From assembly GCA_013297755.1 (NCBI GenBank), contig JAAFIH010000024.1:5977-69976 (forward strand): 64,000 nucleotides of DNA, written 5' to 3'. Under the pieces are notes generated by a model. That model searched no databases. It saw only the letters and a program-made list of their open reading frames with translations, and was not told where the DNA came from. This document shows positions 33,201 through 40,244 of the stretch, piece by piece. The stretch is from Cytophagales bacterium. Its GTDB lineage: Bacteria; Bacteroidota; Bacteroidia; Cytophagales; UBA9547. Positions within the stretch are counted from its first letter, which is position 1. Each line of letters begins with the position of its first letter. Both the position numbers and the translations under genes were made by a program.

Positions 33201-35809
33201 TGAACTTCAGCTATTTGAAACGAACCAATGCCTGGCCTAGAACTATATAAAGAAGTGTTGGCTGTGCTAGAAGTTTGTTGTGCATAATTCCATGTAGAGC
33301 CATTGAAAAGCCCCAAAATAAGTTTTGAATCATCTATAGACAAATCTTTTACACCAGATAAATAGTTAAAAGTGATATTAAAATTATTTGGTAATGGAGT
33401 TGTAGCTCCAGTTAATGAGGAAACAACCCAATGTGTGTTTATACTTTTAGATGAATTAAAAATAGAAGACGAAATAGCACCCAAATCTCCAGCATTTGCA
33501 CGTACAACTAGGGCTCCAGCAGTAGCTACATTAGGATTAACTAAAGTTACAGGTGCATATTCAGTAGAAGTACCTACCTCGAAGGTACGAGAAATATTAG
33601 CACCAGTAGTAAAATTTTTGGCTAAATTACCAATAACCCAACCAGTTGTGTTAGATGCCCCTGTGATATTGGAACCACTAGCAGTAGCTACCAATATATT
33701 AGCACCAGTAGAGATATTACCAGACACAAAATTAAATGTTAAGTTTGTGTTCAAATCCAAATTGTTTTGCAAAATAATATTGTTGTTGCCAACTGTGCCT
33801 GTATTGGCTATTTCTATACCAAAGGCATTGTTTGTAACCCCCATTAGATTACTTCTAAAATTTTGGTTAGTAGAACCAACAAATCTAATTTTACCAGATG
33901 TTGAATTTGAACTAATAATATCACCACCAATTTGATTAAAATTACCTTTAATGTTTAATATCTGATTTGTTCCATCACCAAAATTTAGTGTTCCATTTAT
34001 TTGTTCGAAGTCATTTACAACCCAAGAACCACCACTTCCAGTATTAAACATACGCAAACTGTTACCACTTGTATTTAAAATAGATAGCTTACCTGTTACT
34101 GTTATATTTTGATTTGAAGGAGTAGCTCCAGTGTGAGTACAATTATAATTAAAATTAAAAAATGATTGAGCTGCATTGGCAGGAAAAGCATTTGTAATAC
34201 CTGTAAAACTTACAGTAGAGCCATTTTGCCAGGTTGCTAAAGGCAAAGTACCTCCATTTATGGCATGATTATAAATAGAACTTGAGCCAAAAATAATACT
34301 TCCTGCAGAACTAGAAAAACCTGTAGACGCACCAGAAACTATAGCAAGGTTTGGGATTAATAAACTACCCCCTAAAGGTACACTGGCACTTCCATTTGAT
34401 ATTAAAAGTGAACCTACTATGGTAGCATTTCCTGAAACTCCAAAAATATTGTTTGTAGTATTTTTTACACTGCCACCTACAACTAAATTTGCCGTTGGAG
34501 CAACTGTTGTATTTTGACCTGCAATTGTTAAATCGTTTGTAACAGATGTGTTACCTAAAAAAGTAACTCCACCAGAACCGCTGATAAATATGTTGTTTAA
34601 AGTACCAGTAACACTACTTGCAGCATTACTTATTAATGATAAATCACCTGTACTAGCCAATAAAGACCCAGCATTTACTTGGATAGAATTATTGACAGTT
34701 ACATTATTAGAACCCATATTCAAAACCCCATTTGTAAGGAATAAGCTATTTGAGATATTTAGTGGTGAACTCAAAACTACACCAGCAAGATTATTTACTT
34801 CAAAGCTACCACTACTAAAATTGGTAATTGTAGGAGTTTGGGAGGTAGAACCTATAAAAGAGATTCTAGAGTTTGCAGAACCACCACTTCTTGTGATGCT
34901 GCCACCCGTTTGATTAAGTGTACCAGATACTTCCAAAATACCAATATCAGTGCTTCTTCTAGCTAAGTTTAAAACACCACCTGTTTGAATAAAATTGTTT
35001 ATTGACCAAGTCCTAGTTGCACCAGTATTTATACTATTTATTGTAAATCTGCCAGAACCAGTTGAAAGTAAATTAAAAGTACCTAAAACAGTTATATTTG
35101 AGGTTATATCACCATCAGTTGTGTTTTGACTAGGACAATTCCAAACAAGATTTGAAAAAACTTGACCATCAAACCCACTTGGTATATTTCCTACAATTCC
35201 AGTAATACTTACAGTAGAGCCTGTTTGCCAAGTAGCAGTAGGAATTGAGCCTTGGTTATGTGTATGTTGTAAAATTGAAGTTCCATCAAAAGTTAAAGTT
35301 CCTATTGCAGGATTCAAAATACCTCTTCTGTTGTTAGTACCATCTGTTGAAGCTTGTGTAATAATAGAGTTATTGACTATACCAGTATTTCCAGATAATA
35401 AACTTAGAGTGAGTGTATTATCAGCTCCTGCCCTACCAGTGAGTGTAACATTTGAATTATTAATACTTAAATCATCTCCAGAATAATTATTACCAATAGA
35501 AATTGTTCTGTTATTATTTGTGCTTAAATTAAAAATAATATTAGTACCAGAAATTGAAATTTGACCAATTGAATAATTGTTATCAAATGAAACAGTTGGA
35601 TTCCCAGAGGAACCATTAAATACAGCTATAAAGCCAGTTCCATTTGGCACAGTTGCTCCACTTGCTCCACCAGAAGTTGCAGACCAGTTGTTAGTGTTAT
35701 TCCAAATTCCACTGCCCCCAGAAACCCAGTATCTAATTGTCTGCCCACTAGCCACATGCACAATACACGCCAAAACTACAATTAGGTTGAATTTTAATAT
35801 TTTTTTCAT
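24254..35809 (-). CDS. Giant (3851 aa) T9SS-secreted beta-helical, adhesin-like surface protein
   Basis: Signal peptide, G/N/S/T-rich beta-helix repeats, repeated WNxxxNW modules, GWNLVGNPYPS motif, CTD LYPNP...LSNGVYL...KTFIV. Confidence 0.88.
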   Translation of the reverse strand: MKKILKFNLIVVLACIVHVASGQTIRYWVSGGSGIWNNTNNWSATSGGASGATVPNGTGFIAVFNGSSGNPTVSFDNNYSIGQISISGTNIIFNLSTNNNRTISIGNNYSGDDLSINNSNVTLTGRAGADNTLTLSLLSGNTGIVNNSIITQASTDGTNNRRGILNPAIGTLTFDGTSILQHTHNQGSIPTATWQTGSTVSITGIVGNIPSGFDGQVFSNLVWNCPSQNTTDGDITSNITVLGTFNLLSTGSGRFTINSINTGATRTWSINNFIQTGGVLNLARRSTDIGILEVSGTLNQTGGSITRSGGSANSRISFIGSTSQTPTITNFSSGSFEVNNLAGVVLSSPLNISNSLFLTNGVLNMGSNNVTVNNSIQVNAGSLLASTGDLSLISNAASSVTGTLNNIFISGSGGVTFLGNTSVTNDLTIAGQNTTVAPTANLVVGGSVKNTTNNIFGVSGNATIVGSLLISNGSASVPLGGSLLIPNLAIVSGASTGFSSSAGSIIFGSSSIYNHAINGGTLPLATWQNGSTVSFTGITNAFPANAAQSFFNFNYNCTHTGATPSNQNITVTGKLSILNTSGNSLRMFNTGSGGSWVVNDFEQINGTLNFGDGTNQILNIKGNFNQIGGDIISSNSTSGKIRFVGSTNQNFRSNLMGVTNNAFGIEIANTGTVGNNNIILQNNLDLNTNLTFNFVSGNISTGANILVATASGSNITGASNTTGWVIGNLAKNFTTGANISRTFEVGTSTEYAPVTLVNPNVATAGALVVRANAGDLGAISSSIFNSSKSINTHWVVSSLTGATTPLPNNFNITFNYLSGVKDLSIDDSKLILGLFNGSTWNYAQQTSSTANTSLYSSRPGIGSFQIAEVQNNADLYSYKKGPWNDPFTWTEDPSGTLSINPRVPSEFNKATVINGETVTLTQNVTTQGLNLVLNAGGTLDLSTFSITTLAGLSGQGTLRLKSTNLPLVSGSNTFHDAGQGTVDYYNLSTSLPITNTTYNNLYLTKDDNIATNYVYNLGFNLRTNGDLRVRNLNKDNIGSATLSVGDNTTARVLTIMGSLWVGDVANGGGNVVLSVSGFNTQHICNIYGDLRNYGTVDLSNDAQYAAPTQSMKLNFLGSTDNIFFCDGPTEILDMTVNKGTDQTYTLHLSATANNFFKFMTDGNGFPISMGTLRLGNNIVLDRLRTGGNYDIGTGPGTTPNNLNPGCQLWIDGAIIYRASTTGSQAVVPYGKLRITAGAITISGAGIVPRVDGEIFIEGGYINTTKIRTSVVPGVTPRGTFFMSGGVLDLNKPGIPSPEGFGNAGGPAPFTFPFVDASYIMSGGTMNIYGIGSTNANGNALFVLNSSPQNINVTGGTINFSINGTNTTNNISSTAPFFDLNIYKTDPAAGNRLIQLQNQPIDNEFTSTGFNTFIPARSLKVLNKLYIDGVNAPLVSLFGQDLVISKDLEVASGGSLNPTGSNVIFNGSSTQAVMLNGSISGIFGNLNFVNTGASPILLQGSLAMITTNGLNITSGSVNDGGKSIRVLGNATNNGRHFGNGNVELIGNSNIQNITGNGSGIFGNLFLNNTNSSAVGVNLGANTRVRNSLRFISDKIFDIGIYRLTLDSNITASCVVTAIGTGFGPTKFIRTSGNQSDGGVAVYTLLNGVYRFPMGTPTYYSPAFATVSGITNANQRGYLQMSIDDSFLGFLQNPDLTNSLKSYWRVRATNFVSRPNVQYSFSTSAAMWPGGVCGNPNNMRAGRVEIPNRFEMTGNLPSSCDIDIPQHAFAADAYYTAAQNPQWNSSMRVFYNLSTPGVSTINNNSVWSLSCHTCSSTNTDPTKDDILRIANFGATNQNGDAWIDVDVNTTVAGVIFDNSLGGWEPRISINAGISANLGIVSFPQNFNSSATPGAIMVRMTTVTGVPTIAGDFGDFSNQPLAIFNFNLLSNGQVSMPSNITNYPTLRFEGGSLTCAGVNQRIINLPPVDINLTGAMIVGDGATVYTSTAVGGNVNIGLNMRIGQSNNTAGAFYFNGSGNPHTVAVTGNFRVSNACNNTLIAVESGTAGLTHTLKLGGSVFQDDGTIDLFNGNAATDNNVKVEFFGTTSGVYTRVAGNVPELYQIVMNKGNSDASTFQVNSTLNLLGAANTATKPVTFQNGRLVLSTTGVDINLSSGGGTVFIPSTAGLEVVNGSSVFMSSSTGIVLDGLLRIGENGTANFNDGVENTFIEYTSSGNAKLEVLGNASLNVGGQIRRNLFTNAGTLKYTQTGGNVTVGGLNQIATNGKFELDNVGSSISMTGGNVFIQRGGGNSTFGDLYLDPGTSNITGGSFILSPLTTIGNQQYRVINSGSFNNIQFLGVGTSSATGILQVYPLVVNNDLIIGSGGILNANTFGVNSRGNTTINGQYLPTSNTTSFTGAGLQNLVLNVPTNFNNFLVAKSNVLSLTGVNTTINGLLSLLNGTLNDGGLSVFATNNIQNSANHTGTGKLVLSSSLIRFVQGNGSGNFGNIDVNSSTEPVFDNEMTINGNLNFVNRGIYIDDNALNLGLNATISNVTPSKYIRTNGVVSDDGIIKQLPATTFDFTFPVGVFGKYTPVRYVSTSNTATGNIRIIPVNESHPLATDPSDFQLKYYWVASSNGFSGLNINHSYTYVDSDVTGNESLYKAGRNIQGDWAPYYGGFTSSLGGVNPTSNQITLSGLNFINGEYTAGELSELQIVLTYYSRDATLGGNWEDVNSWSTDPILRHAGSISGFTPIGQPIVIKSGHTVVANSNLREAYSTSVSGVIDLGTTFGHNFGIVRGSGTIRIASSPSQQFVLPAGQLASFLNTTIGGTFEFYGSNNGDLPAMNPPDLTRFNNVLMSGSGTKRINSPSPIYNIGGNLSITGGVLENTANNNIIVSKNWINTVGVGGFNPGSSTTNYVEFNGTNQQIVGQNQFRGVRIVNGGIKTFTNNNEIIGQLQLTNGIVDMGNNILSIATSEGSVSGGSSSSFVRGLLQKRFLTGGSVTQNFEVGDAGYSPVSIIFPSVSTQGNVAVRANASAHPQIATSCVSPSKRINRFWTITATSAVLPTNYNATLNYLNPTDIIGGANPNIFIGSIFTGGVWSLTGVGTRTPTSIQTTGLTTYGDIVVGEPKSAVGVTIVGPAMPVCAGTVLNFTALGVNGGTAPGYNWSKIASGVTTPGLGLSQVFSTTSLGSGDLVRVTYTSSEVACLFNNPALSNGIAVSYGASGQWIGAVSNVWTTPGNWCGGIAPLPTSDAIINTAPIYPLINTVTEIRNFSLGAGTSININSPFKISGNFVNDGNFIVAPGNQFQLFGNGPQAISGTSPTNTSNLQIWGTGVKTFNSPVNVSNTLLLGNGSVTVASNGNLTLVSNASGTGRVDVIPAGASITGNVTVQRWIPAKRSTRYFSSPVQGAPISQWQNNIMLTGPGQAANGFDAGSSLSTVLYYDESIAGGLNIGWLPLPTASSILQQGRGYQVSVRGDRSTSGLVTFANFTTTAVTMSLRGTLNQGNITLPITYTKSPSIAGVNLISVDGWNLVGNPYPSQIDWSGAGWTKSNIDDAIYIFDPFTTNTSATGTAGRMYSYVNSVASFPRTNGGVIASSQGFFVKANNTGAGISMTEQVKVASTHTSNFRTASEATDYFHVGLMGNDGTIDYTAIRFSDVATNNYDKEMDAYKLKSFNFNIASQLPEQDEMSVNSMPYPPTTKEMEIPLVMDIRTGTGHKLHFTSMENLGTNIILMLKDKQKNVITPLSSDMVYGFDQNESIKTRFSIVARMAEVVEEEQTTGVDTKSKDAQSIKLYPNPTKEDYIIISTLGIVDEAINYKVTDVVGKVYTTGKLKNGVSESKIDITLLSNGVYLFVYELDGKTKVKTFIVSK

Positions 35810-35888
35810 TTTATTTATGTTAAATGTAAAGTTTAATATATATATGTTTTTGACTATTTATTAAAATCTAATAAGAATACACTATTTG

Positions 35889-35896
35889 CAAAACTA
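35889..35896 (-). promoter_or_regulatory. Putative -7 promoter box for the giant T9SS gene
   Basis: TAGTTTTG(CA) on the minus strand, about 80 nt upstream of the ATG. Confidence 0.5.
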
Positions 35897-36266
35897 ATAT
35901 ATTTTTTTAAATTTTTGCAAACAATTATCGTATTTTATTTTTGTGTATATACATCAACCCATCTACATTGTAACCCATTATTTTTAAAAAAAACCTACCA
36001 ATGTAGGTTAAATTACGGTAAAAAGAAACTATTGAGCGGTCAGTATCAAAATAAAAATGATATAATTTTGATGAATCAAAAAAAATAAAATATAAAATAT
36101 ACAATTTATTCTTACAATATTTATAAAAAAAATAATTAAAAATTAAGTAATAAATAAATATTAAATATTAAAAAAACATATTTAGCAAAAATCTAAAATT
36201 TTATCCCAGTATTTTTGATATTTATAAGTATCAAAAAATAAATTCATTTCAACATTTCTATTCTTT

Positions 36267-36274
36267 TATATTTG
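36267..36274 (+). promoter_or_regulatory. -7 promoter box for kmo
   Basis: TATATTTG(CA) ending 4 nt before the ATG. Confidence 0.6.
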
Positions 36275-36278
36275 CAAA

Positions 36279-37589
36279 ATGAAACAAAAAATAACCATTT
36301 TAGGAGCCGGTTTAGTGGGTAGTTTGCTTGCTATATTTTTAAAAAAAAGAGGTTTTGAAGTTCAAATTTTTGAAAAAAGACCAGATCCTCGCTTCCAAAA
36401 TATACATAGTGGACGGTCTATAAATTTGGCTTTGAGCCATCGTGGGTGGCAAGCATTGGCCAAAATTGGTATGCAAACTGAGGTCGAAAAAATTGCAATA
36501 CAAATGTTTGCACGCTGTATTCATACCCTAGATGGGTACACACACGAGCAGCCCTACAGCCTACATGAGGCCACTAAGGCTATATATTCTGTGTCAAGGA
36601 ATAGGCTCAATCAACTTTTGCTTACAGCGGCCGAAGCTCAAGGCGTAGCCATAAATTTTGGTATGAAATGCACTAAAATTGAGATAGAAAACAACTTATT
36701 GGGCTTTAGAAACAACCAAAATGAATACATAAAAATAAACCCTGAAGTGTGCCTGGCGGCCGATGGTGCATTTTCGGTACTACGCAGCCAACTTATTTGT
36801 CAAGATAAATTTGATTATCAACAAAGCTACCTAGCCCACAGCTATATGGAGTTTCATATACCTGCTGGGAGTAATAATAGTTGGCAAATGAACAAAAATT
36901 CGTTGCATATATGGCCCAGAGATAGTTTTATGTTGATAGCTTTGCCAAACTTGGATGGCAGCTTTACTTGTACGCTTTTTTTGCAAAACGAAGGCGAAGT
37001 TTCTTTTCAAAACTTAGATAATACAACCAAAGGAAAAGCATTTTTTGAAAAATATTTTGCAGATGCACTAGCTTTGATGCCTGACTTTGAAAAACAATTT
37101 GAAACTAATAAAGTAAGCTCACTTGCCACCATTAAACTGTGGCCGTGGCATAAAAACAATTTTTGTGTACTTGGCGATGCTGCCCACGCCATAGTGCCTT
37201 TTTATGGCCAAGGCATGAATTGCGGCTTTGAAGATTGTGTAGAATTTGATTCATTGTTGGAGGATAATATGACTGATATTAGTAATATTTTTAATAATTT
37301 TGAAAATAAAAGAAAGCCAAATACAGATGCTATTGCACAAATGGCTTTGGATAATTTTATAGAAATGCGTGATTTGGTAAAAGACCAACATTTTTTGAAA
37401 TTAAAGAAAATAGAGGCAGCAATAATTAAAAAATATCCTAAAAAGTGGCTTTCTCAGTATGAAATGGTTACTTTTTCGTCTATTCCCTACAGCGAAGCCA
37501 AGACAAAAGGGATAGAAAACAAATTAAAACTAGAAAACTGGCTTACCAAACATGGCGAAAACTATGTGCCAACAGAGGATGAGTTGTAA
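36279..37589 (+). CDS. kmo: Kynurenine 3-monooxygenase
   Basis: GAGLVGSLLA, GRSINLALSHRG, LHIWPR, GDAAHAIVPFYGQGMNCGFED, YEMVTFS. Confidence 0.92.
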   Translation: MKQKITILGAGLVGSLLAIFLKKRGFEVQIFEKRPDPRFQNIHSGRSINLALSHRGWQALAKIGMQTEVEKIAIQMFARCIHTLDGYTHEQPYSLHEATKAIYSVSRNRLNQLLLTAAEAQGVAINFGMKCTKIEIENNLLGFRNNQNEYIKINPEVCLAADGAFSVLRSQLICQDKFDYQQSYLAHSYMEFHIPAGSNNSWQMNKNSLHIWPRDSFMLIALPNLDGSFTCTLFLQNEGEVSFQNLDNTTKGKAFFEKYFADALALMPDFEKQFETNKVSSLATIKLWPWHKNNFCVLGDAAHAIVPFYGQGMNCGFEDCVEFDSLLEDNMTDISNIFNNFENKRKPNTDAIAQMALDNFIEMRDLVKDQHFLKLKKIEAAIIKKYPKKWLSQYEMVTFSSIPYSEAKTKGIENKLKLENWLTKHGENYVPTEDEL

Positions 37590-37803
37590 GTTAATTGAAA
37601 AAAATATAACAAAGTTTATAATTACAAAAAGAAATATGGAAAAGCCCTAATAAATAATGCTCTAAGGATAAAACGCTCAAAAAGAGCTTATCAATTTCTA
37701 AAAAATACAAGCTATTTGGGCATAATAAAATGTAAGATATGGTCAAACATCATTTTAAAATATCAGTTTAGAAATTTAAAAGTAATAATGAAATATTCTA
37801 ACC

Positions 37804-37894
37804 CAATATCGTTTACATAAGCATTTTTAATTGCCTCTATCTTGGTCTTTATCCAAAGGAGTAAGATAATCTGATTCTAAAGTAAACGACATTG
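37804..37894. mobile_element. MITE-like element, copy A (91 bp), IS4-like ends
   Basis: TIRs caatatcgtttac / gtaaacgacattg; flanking 10-bp direct repeat tattctaacc / tattctaatc; homologous to 62861-62950. Confidence 0.75.
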
Positions 37895-37953
37895 TATTCT
37901 AATCCATAAAATAAATTTGAGATATAGATTTAAACTATTATTTTTGTAAATGT

Positions 37954-38220
37954 ATGGATAAAGAAAGTAGAGATAGAATTTCTGAGTATTATAAAGAAGT
38001 TTTGAAATCGAAACATGAATATTCAAGAGCTACTTTATGGACAATTTTGGTGGTAGGCTCTGGTGTATTTGGGTTGTTGGTATCAAACGACTTTAGTGCA
38101 TCTTTGAAAATACAGTTAATGACTTATATTGGTTTTTCATTTGTAATTGGTAGCATATTTTATTTATTTATTTTAATGAAACAAATAAGATTTTTTTTAG
38201 ATTTACTTAAAAAATTATAA
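37954..38220 (+). CDS. Hypothetical two-TM membrane protein
   Basis: 88-aa ORF with two hydrophobic segments; TATTTTTG -7-like box at 37939-37946. Confidence 0.6.
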   Translation: MDKESRDRISEYYKEVLKSKHEYSRATLWTILVVGSGVFGLLVSNDFSASLKIQLMTYIGFSFVIGSIFYLFILMKQIRFFLDLLKKL

Positions 38221-38222
38221 AA

Positions 38223-38327
38223 ATGATTCAAATAGTTTTAATAGTTATCATGGGTTTGGCCTTGTTTTTTATGTTAGGATTTATGTTTTATTACTCAAGA
38301 TCAACTGACGATGTTTTAGTAAAGTAA
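38223..38327 (+). CDS. Putative 34-aa single-TM peptide (not in ORF track)
   Basis: MIQIVLIVIMGLALFFMLGFMFYYSRSTDDVLVK; ATG 2 nt after the upstream stop. Confidence 0.5.
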   Translation: MIQIVLIVIMGLALFFMLGFMFYYSRSTDDVLVK

Positions 38328-38415
38328 TATATTCTACATAAATAGATTCATATTTTTTAAAATTTTTATAAATTAATACTCTCTAGTGTTAGCAGAAAAT
38401 TTATCTACAAATAAG

Positions 38416-38471
38416 TTATAACTCAAAATTTATAACTCATAACTTATAACTTATAACTTATAATTCAAAAC
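38416..38471. repeat. Heptamer tandem repeat (TTATAAC consensus, 8 units)
   Basis: ttataac tcaaaat ttataac tcataac ttataac ttataac ttataat tcaaaac, abutting the ABC transporter stop. Confidence 0.85.
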
Positions 38472-40238
38472 TTATAAAATTGCTTTTTCTTGCATGGCTA
38501 TCAGCTCGGCATATTTACCTGATTTAGCAATTAATTCATCGTGAGTGCCACTTTCAATGATTTGGCCTTTGTCGATAACATAAATCATGTTGGCATGGCG
38601 AATGGTTGATAGCCTGTGGGCAACAATAATGGAAGTACGCCCTTGGAGTAGTTTTAGCATAGCTTTTTGAATCATAGCTTCAGTGGCAGAATCAACAGAA
38701 GCAGTAGCCTCATCGAGTACTACTATGCTTGGGTTTTGAATTATAGTTCGTAAGAAAGATAACAATTGACGTTGCCCTACAGAGAGCGTATTTCCACGCT
38801 CCATTACATCGTACTGAAGCCCTCTGGGCATTTTTTCAATAAATTCTGAAGCACCAATTTCTTGTGCTACTTCAAAAATTTGATTATCAGAAATGTTTTT
38901 ATTACCCAAATGCACATTATATGCAATAGATTCTGAAAATAAAAAAACATCTTGCATGACCATACCAATATTTGATCTTAAAAAGTTTAAATCATACTGA
39001 TTTACTTCAAGATCATCTATAAAAATCTTACCAGAAGTACAATCATAGAAACGATTTAATAAATTAATAATAGAAGACTTGCCGGCTCCTGTGGCTCCAA
39101 CGAAAGCAATGGTTTGTCCTTTTTTGACTTCAAAGGATATGTTTTTTAATACAAAATCGTTTTCGTTGTAAGCAAAAGAAACATTTTGGAAACGAATATT
39201 TCCATCAATTTTAGATGAAATATTACCATAATTTTGTATAAATGAAACATCTTCTAACATTTTGATAACCCTAGACGAGCCAACAATGCCCATTTGCAAA
39301 GTATTGAACTTGTCGGCAATCTCACGAATGGGTCTAAAAAACATTTGAATATACATTACAAAAGCCAAAATATCGCCAAAAGAAACTTCGTTACGCAAAA
39401 CCCCTCCCCCACCATACCAAACCAAAATACCAATACCAATAGCACTCAGCACTTCAGCTATTGGAAAATAAACAGAGTAATACAAAACCGATCGCATATT
39501 GGCCTGCTTGTGTTCTTGATTTATTTTAGTAAACTTTTCGTATTCGTGTTTCTCGGCCGAAAAAATTTGAACTATATTCATCCCAGTGATGTGTTCTTGC
39601 ACAAAAGTATTAAGATTGGCTACAGCCGTACGCACATCTGTAAAAGAAGATTTTACTTTTTCTTTGAAAATATACGTGCAAAAAAGCAAAACTGGTATTA
39701 CCGATAAACTTACTAATGCTAGTTTCCAATTCAAATAAAACATGATGGCAATGATAAAAGAAAGTTGCAAAACTGCCCCTGCAATGTCGGCTAAACCTTC
39801 AGTAAAAATATCAGAAATGGTTTCAATATCAGAAATACAACGAGTAATCAACCTGCCAACAGGTGTTTTGTCATAAAAAGAAAGTTTATGCTTGAGCAAG
39901 TGAGCATACAATTTCTGACGCACATCTCTAATGATATTTTGACCCAACCAACTAGATAAATAAGAATTAAAATATTCTAAAATGGCTACAGATAAAAGTA
40001 ATATTACTAATAAAATTGAAATTTGTAAAAGTCCCTCATAATTACCTTTTAGAATATGATTATCAGTGGTATACTTAATTAAATATGGACGAATGGGAGA
40101 TACCATGCCAGCCAAAATAGTAAGAAAAATGATAGAAAAAAAAGTTTTTTGATAAGGTAAAACAAAAATATAAACTTTTTTGAGTATGTCTAAATCAAAA
40201 ATTTTACCAGCTTCTTTTGTTTCGGTTTTGGGTTTCAT
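38472..40238 (-). CDS. ABC exporter, fused permease/ATPase (MdlB/MsbA-like)
   Basis: N-terminal TM domain, GATGAGKSS Walker A, LSVGQRQ signature, VLDEATASVD. Confidence 0.93.
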   Translation of the reverse strand: MKPKTETKEAGKIFDLDILKKVYIFVLPYQKTFFSIIFLTILAGMVSPIRPYLIKYTTDNHILKGNYEGLLQISILLVILLLSVAILEYFNSYLSSWLGQNIIRDVRQKLYAHLLKHKLSFYDKTPVGRLITRCISDIETISDIFTEGLADIAGAVLQLSFIIAIMFYLNWKLALVSLSVIPVLLFCTYIFKEKVKSSFTDVRTAVANLNTFVQEHITGMNIVQIFSAEKHEYEKFTKINQEHKQANMRSVLYYSVYFPIAEVLSAIGIGILVWYGGGGVLRNEVSFGDILAFVMYIQMFFRPIREIADKFNTLQMGIVGSSRVIKMLEDVSFIQNYGNISSKIDGNIRFQNVSFAYNENDFVLKNISFEVKKGQTIAFVGATGAGKSSIINLLNRFYDCTSGKIFIDDLEVNQYDLNFLRSNIGMVMQDVFLFSESIAYNVHLGNKNISDNQIFEVAQEIGASEFIEKMPRGLQYDVMERGNTLSVGQRQLLSFLRTIIQNPSIVVLDEATASVDSATEAMIQKAMLKLLQGRTSIIVAHRLSTIRHANMIYVIDKGQIIESGTHDELIAKSGKYAELIAMQEKAIL

Positions 40239-40244
40239 TAGAAA

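Noticed and set aside
24657-35864. Many plus-strand ORFs (up to 187 aa) opposite the giant gene
   Set aside because: Antisense shadows of a Gly/Asn/Thr/Ser-rich frame
37599-37820. 73-codon stop-free plus-strand frame after kmo
   Set aside because: No start codon near its 5' end, Lys/Ile/Asn-rich like AT-rich noise, and it ends inside the MITE; a decayed gene cannot be excluded but is unsupported
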